From the human T2T-CHM13v2.0 reference genome, Homo sapiens: 64,000 nucleotides of DNA. Of the stretch, positions 1-14,275 are shown piece after piece (the stretch's first letter is position 1; every line of letters starts with the position of its first letter). The position numbers were made by a program, and so were the translations under genes. The notes beneath the pieces were generated by a model. That model searched no databases. It was given only the letters and a program-made list of their open reading frames with translations, and had not been told where the DNA came from. The DNA is taken from positions 15,968,001-16,032,000 of the forward strand of contig CP086569.2 in NCBI GenBank assembly GCA_009914755.4, in the 5' to 3' direction.

Positions 1-1659
1 ATCTGTGAAACTTATTTTTGTGGCATGTTTAGAATGTATCAAATTATTTCATGAGAAACTGCCAGACTCAGTCATCAAAATCTGTCTTACATATTGAGTG
101 CTCTGCTAGGAATTATTCAGCTCATATTTATTCCATACTCAAGAGTTTAGATTTGAAAGAGACAATGTAAAATTGTTCCATTATTTTTTAGTGATTCTAT
201 CTCTTCTGGTTTATCTAGAAATTATGCCTGCTTTAAATAAACAAGTTTCTTCCTGTTGAAATCCAACCTATGCATTCGTGAGAGTTTTGATAGGTGAGAT
301 TCCTGAGTGGATATTTTTGGATTTAAATGCAATATAGAATTTTCTTAAATTAGAAAGTAAAGAAAATTATTCCACAGCAAAGGTATTTTTCTCATAATTG
401 AAAATGACAACATGGTACAGAAGTTAGATATGTGCCAACTTTGAATATAGAGTGCTCATTTTCAACCTTGGACTAATTCAGCAAAGTGCAAGCGGCCCAA
501 ACCTGAGACAATTTATTTAGCTCCATCAACCACAATTCCATCAAATCCAATTGTCATTGTGAAGATCTATTAGATAATATACATAAGTACAACATTGACA
601 TATAATAAATGACTGGCATGTCTTTATACATTTCACAAGGTAACATGATTTCATATGCTTGTAGTTTCATTAATGGTGTCTTATCAATGTTAGCTTTTCG
701 GTATTGCTTGAAATGCCATGAACAAGACCAAGAGGGGGAAGAGTCAGCAATGGCCACTTCAAGACAGAGCTGAAGGCAGAGATAATGGTTTCTTGTTTGC
801 CAGGGATAGAGGATGCTTCATGATAACTATAAGTTAATTATCCCAGTGTTTCAGATATGTGCAATTGTGAGCTTGAGAAATTTTATGGTGAAAATTTAGG
901 ATGAAAAGCCTAATCTGTGTGCTACCCTCTCCTAATAGTAAAAGGTTAACTGAGTCTTGATACATAGAAGGCGTTTCTTAGCTTTATTATTTTTGTTGCC
1001 AGATGCTGTGTACATACACACAAAGAACACCTAAAAGTGCTGAAAAAAATCTGCATGCCATGCAGTGGTCATTCAAACCATTCACATCACATCACATTCT
1101 GCTTTAATCAACTGCAATGCTTTTATGGGGTCTCTCATATTTAGCTTCCAAATGAATCAGTGTATTAATACCAACACACAAAATGTCCATGTCTTTGTCC
1201 TCTTAATCCATCCCTATATTACAAAGATTACATAAATAAAAAATATATTATAGAAGACATAGGCTTTGGGCATAGAATATAGAGTATTATTGGCCCAGTT
1301 TTTTCAGATTTGGAAGAGTACATCTCTTTGAGACAACTTCCATTTACAGAGCTGCAGCTCTTTCCACAGAAGTGAACATTAAGATCTAGGTAGTGACTTT
1401 TCCAGAAAAGAATGTTGAGGACCTTATTCTATTTTCTAAAGGCTTCATCAAAAGAGAGATTTATGCTACTGTTAGCCCCTCTGCAAGCACTAAAAACAGA
1501 GAAAAGTAAATTGCCTTATGAAACAGTTAATCCAGAACATAGGATACTATCTTTAGTACTTCAGAACAAATGACACACCATACATAACCTGGTGATTAAC
1601 CTTCAGAAAAGAAAGATGTGACCTTAATTCCAATATAGTTGCCATCTTTTATGTTTATA

Positions 1660-4283
1660 TTTATTTATGTATTTTTCATTTATTATACTTTAAGTTCTGG
1701 GATACATGTGCAGAACATGCAGTTTTGTTACATAGGTATACAGGTGCCATGGTGATTTGTTTCAGGCATCAACCTGTCATCTACATTAGGTATTTCTCAT
1801 AATGTTATCCCTCTCCTTGCCCCCACCTCCCTGACAGGCCGGGCGTGTGATGTTCGCCTCCCTATGTCCATGTGTTCTCATTGTTCACCTCCCACTTAAG
1901 AGTGAGAACAAGAGTGTTTGGTTTTCTTTTCCTGTGTCAGTTGCTGAGAATGATGGTTTCCATGTCCATCCATGTCCTGCAAGCTACATGCACTCAGTCA
2001 TTATTATGGCTGCATAGTATTCCATGGTGAATATGTGCCACATTTTCTTTATCCAGTGTATCATTGATGGTCATTTGTGTTGTCTCCAAGTCTTTGCTAT
2101 TGTAAATAGTTCTGAAATAAACATACATGTGCACGTGTCTTTATACTAGAATGAGTTATAATCCTTTGAGAATATACCTAGTAATGTCAAATGCTAGGTC
2201 AAATGGTATCTCTGACTCTAGATCCTTGAGGAATCCCCACACTGTCTTCCACAGTGGTTGAACTAATTTATACTCCCACCAACAGTGTAAAAGTGTTTCC
2301 ATTTCTGTACATCCTCTCCAGCATTTATTTCCTGATTTTTTAATAATCAACATTCTAACTGGCATTAGATGGTATCTCATTGTGGTTTTGATTTGCATTT
2401 CTCTAATGACCAGTGATGATGAACTTTTTTTCATGTTTGTTGGCTGTATAAATGTCTTCTTTTTAGAACTGTCTGTTCATATCTTTCACCCAATTTTTGA
2501 TGAGATTTTTTTTTCTTGTAAATTTGTTCAAGTTCCCTGTAGGTTCTGGATATTTGCCTTTTGTCAGATAGATAGATTCCAAAGATTTTCTCCCATTCTT
2601 TAGGTTGCCTAATCACTCTGATGATAGTTTCTTTTGCTATGCAGATGCTATTTAGTTTAACTAGATCTCATTTGTCAATTTTGGCTTTTGTTGACATTGC
2701 TTTTGGTGTTTTAGTCATGAAGTCTTTGACCATGCCTATGTCCCCAGTGGTATTGCCTAGGTTTTCTTCTGGGGTTTTTACCGTTTTAGGTATTATGTTT
2801 AAGTCTTTAATCCATCTTAGTTAATTTTTGTATAAGGTGTAAGAAAGGGGTCCTGTTTCAGTTTTCTGCATATGGATAGCCCATTTTTCCAACATTAATT
2901 ATTAAATAGGGAATCCTTTCCCCACTGCTTGTTTTTCTCAGGTTTGTGAAAGATCAGATGGTTGTAGATGTGTAGTGTTATTTCTGAGGCTTCTATTCTG
3001 TTCCATTGATCTATATTTCTATTTTAGTACCAGTACCATGCTGTCTTGGTTACCACAGCCTTGGAGTATAGTTTTAAGTTAGGTAGCATGATGCCTCCAG
3101 CTTTGTTCTTTTTGCTTACGATTGTCTTGGCTATATGGGCTCTTTTTGGGCTCCATATCAAATTCAAAGTATTTTTTTTTAATTTTGTAAAGAAAGTCAA
3201 TGGTAGCTTAATGAGGATAGCATTCAATCTAGAAATTACTTTGGGCAGTATGGTCGTATTAACAATATTGATTGTTCCTATCCTTGAGCATGGAATTTTT
3301 TTTTTCATTTGTTTCTGTCCTCTCTTATTTCCTTGAACAGTGGTTTGTAGTTCTCCTTGAAGAGGTCCTTCACATCCCTTGCAGGTTGTACTCCTAAGTA
3401 TTTTATTCTCTTTGTAGCAATTGTGAATAGGACTTCATGCATGATACAGCTCTCTGTTTGTCTATTATTGGTGTATAAAAATGCTTGTGATTTTTGCACA
3501 CTGATTTTATATCCTGAGACTTTGATGAAGTTGTTTATGAGCTTAAGGAAATATTGGGCTGATATGATTGGGTTTCTAAATATAGAGTTATGTTGTCTTC
3601 AACAGAGACAATATGACTTCCTCTTTTCCTGTTTGAACACCCTTTATTTCTTTCTCTTGCCTGATTGCCCTGGCCAGAACTTCCAATACTATTTTGAATA
3701 GGAGAGGTGAGAAAGAGCATCCTTGTCTTGTGCTGGTTTTCAAAGGGAATGATTCCAGCTTTTGCCCATTCAATATGATATTGGCTATGGGTTTGCCATA
3801 AATAGCTCTTATTATTTGAGGTATGTTCCAATAATGCCTAGTTTATTGAGTATTTTTAACATAAATGGTGTTGAATTTTATTGAAGGCATTTTCTGTGCC
3901 TATTCAGACAATCATGTGGTTTTTGTCATTGGTTCTGTTTATGTGATGGATTATGTCTATTTATTTGCATATGTTGAACCAGCCTTATATCCCAGGGATG
4001 AAGCCAACTTGAACGTGGCGGAAAAGTTTTTTGATGTGCTGCTGGATTCAGTTTTCCAGTATTTTATTGAGGATTTTCACACTGATGTTCATCAGGGATA
4101 TTGGCCTGAAATTTTATTTTTCTGGTATCAGGGTGATGCTGGCCTCATAAAATGATAAAGGGAGGATTCTGTCTTTTTCCATTTTTTTCAGAATAGTTTC
4201 AGAAGGAATGGTAGCACTTTTATTTGTACCTCTGGTAGAATTTGGCTGTGAATCCACCTATTCCTCGGGTTTTTTTTGGTCGG
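1660..4283 (-). mobile_element. L1 (LINE-1) 5'-truncated copy: antisense 3'UTR plus ~2.4 kb of ORF2 C-terminal half, degenerate (frameshifts/stops)
   Basis: Reverse-complement L1 3' end 'ttattatactttaagttctgggatacatgtgcag...' beginning ~1680, preceded by a T/A-rich tail. Minus-strand ORFs 2156-2434, 3024-3308 and 3588-3773 translate to L1 ORF2 motifs ([50 protein letters not shown]). Antisense 'ggcctcataaaatga...' sits at 4141. Confidence 0.9.
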
Positions 4284-5240
4284 TGCCATCACTTTTTTAC
4301 ATGTATTCATGCATTCAAGCTACTACAACTCTGCAACATGCACATCTAGCTGCCCAATAATTCTTACCTGAAACCATTCATTCCTTGTATCTTCAAATCC
4401 ATACATGGGAGTGATCACTCATTGTATTCAGAAGTTGCACCTACACTCCAAGATTGAAGGCCACTGGAGGTCATTCTTAGGGTACATTAGTACATTTTGC
4501 GGCCGCCAGAAATCTAACTTTTGAGAGTACTGCTAACAATTTTGCAAGTGTTTTGTTCCTTAGTTAACAAGATTCAACATGCCCACATCTGTTTTTCCCC
4601 TATGACTAGAGCAAGTACGAAATTATCACCCTAAAAAAAATCATAGAATTGGAGTTCCATGGCACTCATTTTCTGGAGTTGGAGAAAGACTGGAGCTTTG
4701 AAAGAATGTTGGAAATAAGTCTTACGTTCCACATCTGAGTTGAAGCTGGTACTAAAAAGCTATTTTTAAAAGTCTTAATAATTGGGACAATGATTTTATT
4801 TATTTAATTCTTTGAAAGATGTTCTGCACCTTGTAAAATGTGTATTTGGTTCTGATGCAAATTTCTTCCCTGCCATTGTTAAGAAATACAGCTGTGGTCC
4901 ATTCATCCAGCACAATAAGACCAGCTATACACACAGAGGCTTTGCAGCAGGAGAAAGAAGGATGTTTATTTGCAGTGCACCACAGATGGATAATCAGGTT
5001 GCTCATGCTTGAGATCCAACCTATGCAATGGCTTGCAGTTAAGGGCTTTTAAAGACAGATCTAAATTTCTGGAAAGCAGAAACTACAGGCAAAATAGTAA
5101 ATAAATACTCAAATGTTACACATGGGTTTTGGTGTAACATGGGGGAATATTTTGAAGTGGGAGCATACAGGTCATAAGTAGATTAGAACATTTTATGATT
5201 TGGAATTGATTAAAGAGACAAGGTTTTCTTTAAAAATCTG

Positions 5241-5542
<302 letters not shown>

Positions 5543-6830
5543 TCAGCAGAAAAGAATGTTACCTGTCGATCATGGGAATGACCTCCTTCAGGTCCCTACA
5601 AAAAAATAATTATAAAACAGAATAGGCAGTCAGAGTTGTCTTCATTTCCCCTCACCTGACATCTACGTTCCAGGAGATCTGTTTAGTGAGGGTCCAGATT
5701 TTTGAAAAAAAAGTCAGGGATATATGCTAAGGTATTATCTTTAATTTCTCTACAATAACCAAATATTATGTGATTCTAACTTCCTTGGCTATTGTTTTAG
5801 GCTACTATTGGAAATGGGAGAATTCTCCTGACTTCTTTGCAGAACTTGCAAGAGCGGTGTGGCTTACTTATTCAGCTGCTGCTGCACTCAAACCCCTTGA
5901 AGAAGGGAGATCATGGAGGCCAATGGGTGCCAAGGCTTGGGCAAGAACTTTAGGGCTCTGGCCCCACAGCATCATCTGAGGGTGTCTTACAGTGAATGCT
6001 ATTTTAGTAGTTGCTGTTCATGAGTCACTAAGTGTTAACCAGCTCAGTGGTCAACATGACAGCCTTTTACACCCTGCCCTCTTGGTACCCAGGTTCTTGG
6101 ATTCTTGTCCAGTGTCTAGAAATAATGAGGTCACATAGACTTGATGGATAGAGAATGCAGAGATTTTATTGAGTGACAGAGTTGGCTTTCAGTAGGATGA
6201 GGAGCTAGAAAAGGGTTGGAGTGGGAAGATAACATTTACCTAGAGTTTGGCTCCTCTGCAATCATCCCAAGCTAAACTCTCGAAGTTCAGATATTTCTTC
6301 TATTCTCTCCATATCTGCCATGCTGCTCTGCTGCTCTGCCTGCTCTGTAGCTCTTCTGCTCATGGAGCCTGAGGTTTCAGGTTCTATGGGCACAGAATAG
6401 GGGGTGGGGCAGGCCAGAGTTGTCTTGAAAAAGGCATGAGGGGGCAAAAACAGGAATGCTTGTTCTCATTTAAGGCTATGGGTGCAGGCTTGAGGGTAGA
6501 GCTCTTGCCAGGATCCCTGGCTTCCTGCCTTCTGTCCCTATCACTATCACCTTCTTACTTACTGAGTTATTTAATTGCTTCTCAGGGTTACACAGGTACC
6601 TGGAATTTCCTTTGAAGGAACTGAATATTTTCCTTTGTTTCCATGCTTGGTGGGGCCACCCAGGGCATAAAGGAACTTGCTAAGATGGGGTTTCTGCTCT
6701 GTTTCACCATTGAGGTGCTTTGGGAAGTATTGGGGTTAACTGATACTGGTCACTATTGCATACTTGCATGCCGGTCAGCCTCCCTGGGACTGTGGTGCCA
6801 TCTTTCTATTACTGTGCATAGAGACCCCTT

Positions 6831-6833
<3 letters not shown>

Positions 6834-6875
<42 letters not shown>
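6834..6875. repeat. (AC)n dinucleotide microsatellite, ~21 units
   Basis: Uninterrupted 'acacac...' run read directly from the sequence. Confidence 0.95.
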
Positions 6876-6878
<3 letters not shown>

Positions 6879-7642
6879 CCAGTTTCAAAGGCATGTGACC
6901 CACAGCAACTCCATCTTGAAGAGGAACTGGGTAAAATGAGGCTGAGACTTACTGGGCTGCATTCCCATATGGCCAAGGCATTCTAAGTCACAGGATAAGA
7001 TGAGATAAGAGATCCACACAAGATACAAGTCATAAAGACCTTGCTGATGAAATAGGTTGCAGTATAGAAGCTGGCCAAATCCCACCAAAACCAAGATGTC
7101 CATGAGAGTGACTTCTGGTCATCCTCACTGCTATACTCCCACCAGCAGTACTCCCATGACAGTTTAAAATGTCACTGCAATATCAGGAAGTCACCCTATA
7201 TGTTATAAAAAGAGGAAGCATATGAATAATCCATCTCTTGTTTAGCCTATAGTCAAGAAATAACCCAGAGGCTGCTGTGTCTATGGAGTAGCCATTCTTT
7301 TATTCCTTCACTTTCTGAATAAACTTGTGTTCACTTTACTCCATGGACTCACCCTGAATTTTTTCTTGCATGAGATTCAAGAAACCTTTCTTGGTGTCTG
7401 AATCTGGACACTTTTTTATAATACAAGTGCAAAATTTCTAGCACACTGTGAATCCATAGGCTAATTTGTATCACCCAGTGGCACCAGCCTGCAGAATAAG
7501 CTACAGTGTGACCTGGAAAGGAAGCTCAGGTACCATACTGTTCAGATGAAAACTCTGAATCAACTATAGAAAACCAGGACTCATTCTTTGTAAGGTTCTG
7601 TTCATTTCTATTGTGCCAATCTCCTTCAAATAAAGGCATCCA

Positions 7643-9230
7643 GGGGAGAAACCAGCAAGATGGCCAAACAGGAACAGCTCCAGTCTGCAGCTCCCAGTGA
7701 GATGAATGCAGAAGGCCAGTGATGTCTGCATTTCTAACTCAGGTTCCATGTTAATCTCACTGGGACTGGTAAGGCAATGGGTGCAGCCCACAAAGTGCAA
7801 GCAGAAGCAGGTGGGACATTGCCTCTCCCAGGAAGTGCAAGGAATGGGGGAGCCTCCCTACCCAAACCAAAGGAAGCCATGAGGGACTGTGCTATCCACC
7901 CCAGATACTACGCTTTTCCCATGGGTTTTGCAATTCACAGACCAGAAGATACTCTTGTGTGCCTGCACCACCAGGATTCAGGAAAAATTGGCTAGCCATA
8001 TTCAGAAAACTGAGACTGAACTCCTTCCTTAAGCTTCATACAAAATTTAACTCAAGAGGGATTAAAGACTTAAATGTAAAACCTAAAACTGTAAAAACGC
8101 TAGAAGAAAACCTAGGCGATACCATTCAGAACACAGGCATGGGCAAAGACTTCATGACTAAAACACTAAAAACAATTGCACCAAAAGCCAAAATTGACAA
8201 ATGCGACCTAATTAAACTAAAGAGCTTCTTCACAGCAAAAGAAACTATCATCAGAGTCCATATGCAACCTACAGAATGGGAAAACAATTTTTGTAATCTT
8301 TCTGACAAAGAGCTAATATCTAGAATTTACAAATAACTTAAACAAATTTACAAGAAAAAACAAACAACTCCTTCCAAAAACTAGTCAAAGAATATGAACA
8401 GACACATCTCAAAAGAAGATATTTATGTAGCCAACAAACATATGAAAAACAGCTTATCATGACTGGTCATTAGAGAAGTGCAAATCAAAACCACAATGAG
8501 ATACCATCTCACGCCAGTTAGAATGGTGATCATTTAAATGTCTGGAAACAGCAGATGCTGATGAGGATGTGGAGAAATAGGAATGTTTTTACATTGTTGG
8601 TGGGAGTGTAAATTAGTTCAAGCATTGTGGAAGTCTGTGTATCAAATTATTCAAGGATCTAGAACCAGAAGTACCATTTGACCCAGCAATCCCATTACTT
8701 GGTATATACCCAAAGGATTATAAATCATGCTACTATGTGGACACATGCACATATATGTTTATTGCAGCACTCTTTACAATACCAAACACTTGGAACCAAC
8801 CCAAATGCACATCAATGATGGACTGAATAAAGAAAATGTGGCACATATACACCATGGAATACTATGCAGCCATAACAAAGAATGAGTTCATGTCACTGCA
8901 GGACATGGAAGCTGGAAGCCGCCATCCTCAGCAAACTAATACAGGAATGGAAAATCAAACACCACATGTTCTCACTAATAAATGGTGCTGACCAATGAGA
9001 ATATGTTGACACAGGGAACATCACACACTGGGGTCTGTCAGTGGGTGGGAGCAAAGGGAAGGGAGAACATTAGAACAAATACCTAATACATGTGGAGATT
9101 AAAACCTAGATGACAGATTGATAAGTGCAGGAAACCACCATGGCACATGTAATAAACCTGCATTTTCAGCACATGTATCCCAGAACTTAAAGTGATATAA
9201 AATAGATAACAATAAAAAAAGAAAGGTATC
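7643..9230 (+). mobile_element. L1 with a large internal deletion: ~330 bp of 5'UTR joined directly (~7965) to the last ~1.25 kb of ORF2 and the 3'UTR
   Basis: 5'UTR-like 'gagaaaccagcaagatggccaaacaggaacagctccagtctgcagctcccagtgagat'. From ~7968, ORF2 3' sequence 'ggctagccata..ctgagactgaactccttcct...aattgacaaatgcgacctaattaaactaaagagcttc...' runs to the canonical 3' end 'gcacatgtatcccagaacttaaagtgatataaaatag..aataaaaaaag' at ~9230. ORF 7959-8336 matches ORF2 motifs ([18 protein letters not shown]). Confidence 0.85.
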
Positions 9231-9446
9231 CAGATTAGACTATGGAAAGTATTAATATCATTTACATTTGTACAGATGTTTAAACAATAGTAACCTTTGA
9301 AGCTGAGTAAATACATGGCGGTCCCATAGAAAATTTTATTTAAATATCTGTATGAAATAATTCACAAGATTTCTTTGAATAATGATAAAAAAGATATTGA
9401 GCCTATTCATGGGGAAATCAAACTCTGAAATGTATTTAACCAGGTT

Positions 9447-9955
9447 TATTCTTTTTTAAAAAAGTTACTTTAAGTTCTGGAATACACATGCAGAATATGC
9501 ATGTTTGTTTCATAGGTACACATGTGAGTTGGTGGTTTCCTACACCTATCAACCCACCATCTAGGTTTGAAGCCCTGCATGCACTAGGTATTTGTCCTAA
9601 TGCTCTCCCTCCCCTTGCCCCACCAGCTGAGAGGCCCCCAGTGTGAGATATTCCCCCTCCCTCATGTCCACATGTTCTCATTGTTCAACTTTCACTTATG
9701 AGTGAGAACCTGTGGTGTTTGGTTTTCTGCTCTTGTGTTAGTTTTCCAAGAATGAGGGCTTCTGGCTTTATCCATGTCCCTCCAAAGGACATTATCTTAT
9801 TCCTTTTTTATGGCTGTATAGTATTCCATGGTATATATGTGCCACATTTTCTTTATCTGATCTATCATTGTTGGGCATCTGGGTTGGTTTTAAGTCTTTG
9901 CTATTGTAAACAGTACTACAATAAACATACATGTTCATGTGTCTTTATAGTAGAA
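9447..9955 (-). mobile_element. L1 3'-terminal ~510 bp (antisense), with the poly(A) side at 9447
   Basis: 'tttttaaaaaagttactttaagttctggaatacacatgcagaatatgcatg...' is the antisense L1 3' end. The ORF2 C-terminus and 3'UTR antisense motifs run through to 'gtctttatagtagaatgata'. Confidence 0.85.
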
Positions 9956-9962
9956 TGATACT

Positions 9963-10372
9963 TTAAATTACATGTGGAATCAAAAGAGCCTGTAAAGCCA
10001 AAACAATCCTAAGCAAAATGAACAAAGCTGGAGACATCCTGCTAGCTGACCTCAAACTATACTACAGTAACCAAAACATCATGGTGCTGGTACCAAAACA
10101 GATATATATAGACAAAAGGAACAGAACAGAGACCTCATAAATAACACCATACATCTAAACCATCTGATCTTTGACGCAGCTGACAAAAACAAATAATGGT
10201 AAAATAATTCCCTATTTAATATATGATGTTGGGAAAACTAGCTAGCCCTATGCAGAAAACAGAAACTAGACCCCTTCCTTAAACCTTATACAAAAATTAA
10301 CTCAAGATGAATTAAAGATTTAAATTGAAAACCCCAAATCATAAAAATCCTAGAAGAGCACATGGACAATAA
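9963..10372 (+). mobile_element. L1 ORF2 internal fragment (~L1 nt 4870-5290) abutting the antisense 3' fragment; likely the inverted arm of a twin-priming L1 insertion
   Basis: 'aaaagagcctgtaaagccaaaacaatcctaagcaaaatgaacaaagctggagacatc...ctcaaactatactacag.aaccaaaacatcatggtgctggtaccaaaacag...aaaactagctagccctatgcagaaaacagaaactagacc' reads as sense ORF2. Confidence 0.8.
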
Positions 10373-13300
10373 CGAGATTTATTCTGAGGCAACATGTGTG
10401 GCTATAATGTGAGAAACAGCCTCAAGGTGTCCCGAGAAAGTGTGATCAAGTTTGCTGTTGTACAGATTGGTTTTAGAAATTTTAAGAGCAGAAATTATAG
10501 GTAAAATTATAAGTCAGTACATGGAAGGTGTACATTGGTTTGGCCTGAAACTAGCAGAGGCTCATTTCTGTCTCCAATTTTGCCTCATACAAATTGTATG
10601 CTCCATGCATGTTTGTGGTGATGATTATTCTGATGAGCTTGTCACTCAATTCTTCAAACGACAGATAACTCTTTCTTCTGAGCCATGTGCAACCATAGAT
10701 TACCAGGTTTTGTTTTAGAAAGCATTTATTCCATACTACCACATGCCAGATGTACAAGTGTGGTGAAAGGTTTTATATGGCAGCATCCCTGAATAAACCA
10801 AGTAAAATAATAACAGAATAGGCATAATCTGAAAATGCTATGTTGGCACATTTTTCATCGGATCTATCCAGAACAGAGAAAGCAAGGAGAAGGGAGAGAT
10901 ATATATGTCATTCCTAAATTCACAAGAGATACAGTCTTCTGTACAGGTAAAACTACAGGAATTTTCTTATATAATTGCATTTAGGTAATGATGCTACACT
11001 ACAAGGTAATAATTTAATATTTTTAGTTCACAATAAAGAGACTCCTAAAGTATTGAAACACAAAATAATTTATAATTGGACTATTATTTTACTAATGGAT
11101 ACAATTATTATTCAAACATGCAACTCACTCTCAACCACGAGTGTATATTATTCCCAAAGGTGAGAAATTTGAGGGGAATTCTACAAGCACACCATAGCCT
11201 TTTCCTCTTGTGGGCTTGCCTGAGAGAATGTTTTGTTGACTAACTTGGGTGATGGAAAATCTGCTGAAATATTTCCTACCCTTAAATCTCCCATAAGATT
11301 CTCATTCTTACTCTGTTTATCTGAAGCCTGTACCTTTTTTTTTCTATTACTGGAGCTGATTTCTCCAGATGCCCTTTTAACATTAACTCATGCATTGATT
11401 TTAAAATGTTTATATACTGGAGGGCATGCACTAATCACACTACACACAGCATTACCTATCCACACAATTTATTCTAATAATATTCAAATCAGAGGCTATA
11501 TGCCTCTGCATATGGGTATTTTTTTAAATCTTGTCATACCTCATTTACCAGGGTTACTTATATGAAAGAAGATTTAAAATTCTTTAGGGAATTTAAAGTG
11601 GGAGGATAACCTTTCCAGGAAGGCTATGGGGAAGATTTTAAGGATTTACTGCTTAGATGACTTGAAAAATATAGTACGTCATACAGCAAAACACTATTTT
11701 TAATCAGATTATCCAAATAACATACCCTGTTTCGGTTTAGTAATGTGTTTTTCTCACTATTTCTTGTATTGTTAGAATATTTAAATTTATTTATTTATAA
11801 AATCTGCTTTTACTTCCAAAAATTAGCAATTATCTAGCTCATGAGGTAAAAGCTTGCTATTCTCTCTCATTAATTACAAGCATTTCATGATGGAGTTCAT
11901 GATCAAGTTATTGATCATTTATAAACACCAAGGTCTGCTTTGTTGGTGAATGTTAAGTAAAAAACAAAATAAAAAAAAAATAGAGTTTGCAAATATTAAA
12001 CATAGACCCAATGGACACAAGGTCCAGATGTAAATAAAAATTTAAAAAATAGCAATGTTATAAGCAATATAAATTAAATTTCCTTGTAAATGAAAAAGAA
12101 GATGAGCTTTTTAAAGATATTTTATGAATGTCATATTGTGCTTCTTTTTAATTAGATCTGTATAATGTTGTATTCTCATAAGATACCCACTGTGCAAACC
12201 TTGGCTTGTTTATCTGCAAACTCACATTCGTATTTTACAAGGTTAACATTGCATGTTTTCATCTGCAGTTTTGCAATGCTGATGTTGGATTTTGCATGTT
12301 ATTGTATTATTCTCCTTGTAATGTAACAATATTGTCTGCTCAGAATTGACAGTCAAAGAGTTACAAGTGATTTAGTAATACATGCCCTGTCTTCTCTAGG
12401 TTCTAAAGGTAATGTTTAAATACTATACACATTTTGATAATTGAAAAGTATGGAAATTTTAGGTATAAGATTTGACTTTAATATTAATGTCTTGAGCACT
12501 TAGAAGTTCATTCAAGATAGATATCCTGTCAGCATTCATTTTACCAGCAAACAGTTATGATGTATGGATGAGGTTAATACTACTGACCTATGTCAAAATT
12601 GAAATTTTGTTTTTCATGTTGGCATAATAATTCTAATTTTTAATTAGAGATATTTAAAAAACGAAGCTTAGAAATGTTACCCACTTTGGCTAGATTGAAT
12701 GCAAGACTGCTTTCCATGCTGATGAACAGCAAAGTTAATCAGTTTATAACTTACTTTCACAGTAAATTAGGAGATTAGGAGTTTGACAACTCAAAAGCCC
12801 ACACCCTTGCTTTCAGTTCAGGAAGGAAAAGTATGGTATGTGACTTAGAGGAAACTACCCTAAGAATATTTCAAAATTGAGAATTCCAAATTCATATCTT
12901 TTGGCAGGAGTTGAACATTAACAACACTATTAGCAAGGGAATGACTTGTCTTCTCTAACTTTAGTTTGTATAGAATTTGGAAGGCAGAAATGAATACTTC
13001 CACTGGCTCATAGGAATGGCAGTCAACAGATACTGTTCAGAATTGACACAGGTGAGAAGGGAGGCTTCCTCTGTGGACCAAGATGTGGCTATCTGTCAGG
13101 CAGAAAAATGCCTCCCCTCAAAGCTAAGAACATCCCAATCCTGTGAAACTATAGATAGGTTATGTTATATGACAAAGGGGAATTAAGATTGCAGGTAAAA
13201 TCAAGTTTTCTAATCAGTTGACTTTAAATCAGGGATATAATATGGACCATCTGCTTACATCCAATGTAATCACAAGGGAAGAGAGTATCAGTAAAGATAA

Positions 13301-13960
13301 TTATGAACAAGGCCATGTGAGAAAGACTCAGCCCAATGCTATTGTCTTTGAAGATGGAGGAAGTGTTCATGAGGCTTGGGGCACAGCAGCTTCTAGGAGA
13401 TTAAAAAAAAAAAAAAAAAAAGGAAAAAATGGATTCTCCACTGGAGCCTCCAAAGGGAAGGCAGCCTTGCTGACATCTTGATCTTAGCCCAGTGAGACTG
13501 ATTTTGGACTTTGGACCTCCAGCACTGTAACATGACATTTTTTATTCTCAGTGATTCCATTTGTACTCGTGTGTTGCAATAGCAATATGTAACAAATGCA
13601 AGGTGGATGATAGATTTGCTAGTAGGAGCTGGCGGAAGTTTTCTAGACTGTTTCTGACTTTCCTGAAGTTGTCACCTGAAAAGGAGCAAGGATTTGGTAA
13701 TGGGAATATCAAGGTAAAAAGTGTGAAGGACTTACCTCCATGAAGACAAGACAATAAAGTGACAAGAAGAACATGATAGACGTGGCTGGCTGCATGGACA
13801 TCCTATTTGCGTACAATGAAATTAAATTTAATCTTTTCTCTGGATGCACAATAAATACTAGTTTAATTATGTAACACTTGTTCAGCAAAATATATTCACA
13901 ATGCATTGTCACAAAGTTGTATACAAACACACAAAATAACTAAAAGTCAATGATGTTCTT

Positions 13961-14242
13961 GGCTGGGTGCGGTGGCTCACACTTGTAATCCCAGAATTTT
14001 GGGAGGTTGAGGTAGGTCGATCACCTGAGGTCAGGAGATCAATACCATCCTGGCCAACAGGGTGAAACCCCATCTCTACCAAAAGTAAAAAATTAGCTGG
14101 GCCTGCTGGCAGGCACCTGTAATCCCAGCTACTCAAGAGGTGGAGACAAGAGAATCACTTGAAAATGGGAAGTGGAGGTTGCAGTGAGCTGAGATCCTGA
14201 CATTGCACTCTAGCCTGTGGGACAAGAGTGAGACTTAGTATC

Positions 14243-14270
<28 letters not shown>
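13961..14270 (+). mobile_element. Alu SINE with ~28-nt poly(A) tail
   Basis: 'ggctgggtgcggtggctcacacttgtaatcccag...' through '...gcactctagcctgtgggacaagagtgagact', followed by an A-run at 14243-14270. Confidence 0.9.

Positions 14271-14275
<5 letters not shown>

Noticed and set aside
4499-4506. NotI site gcggccgc in otherwise CpG-poor sequence
   Set aside because: An isolated 8-mer with no surrounding CpG-island character, so most likely chance.
5770-5979. 69-aa ORF in non-repetitive sequence
   Set aside because: It has no recognisable domain, is short, and lacks an obvious splice or promoter context. In a genome of this type it is expected by chance.
13390-13425. A18GG A5 run with 'gaaaaaatgg'
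   Set aside because: A simple poly(A)-like run without an adjacent recognisable retroelement body. It could be a decayed SINE tail, but nothing supports that.
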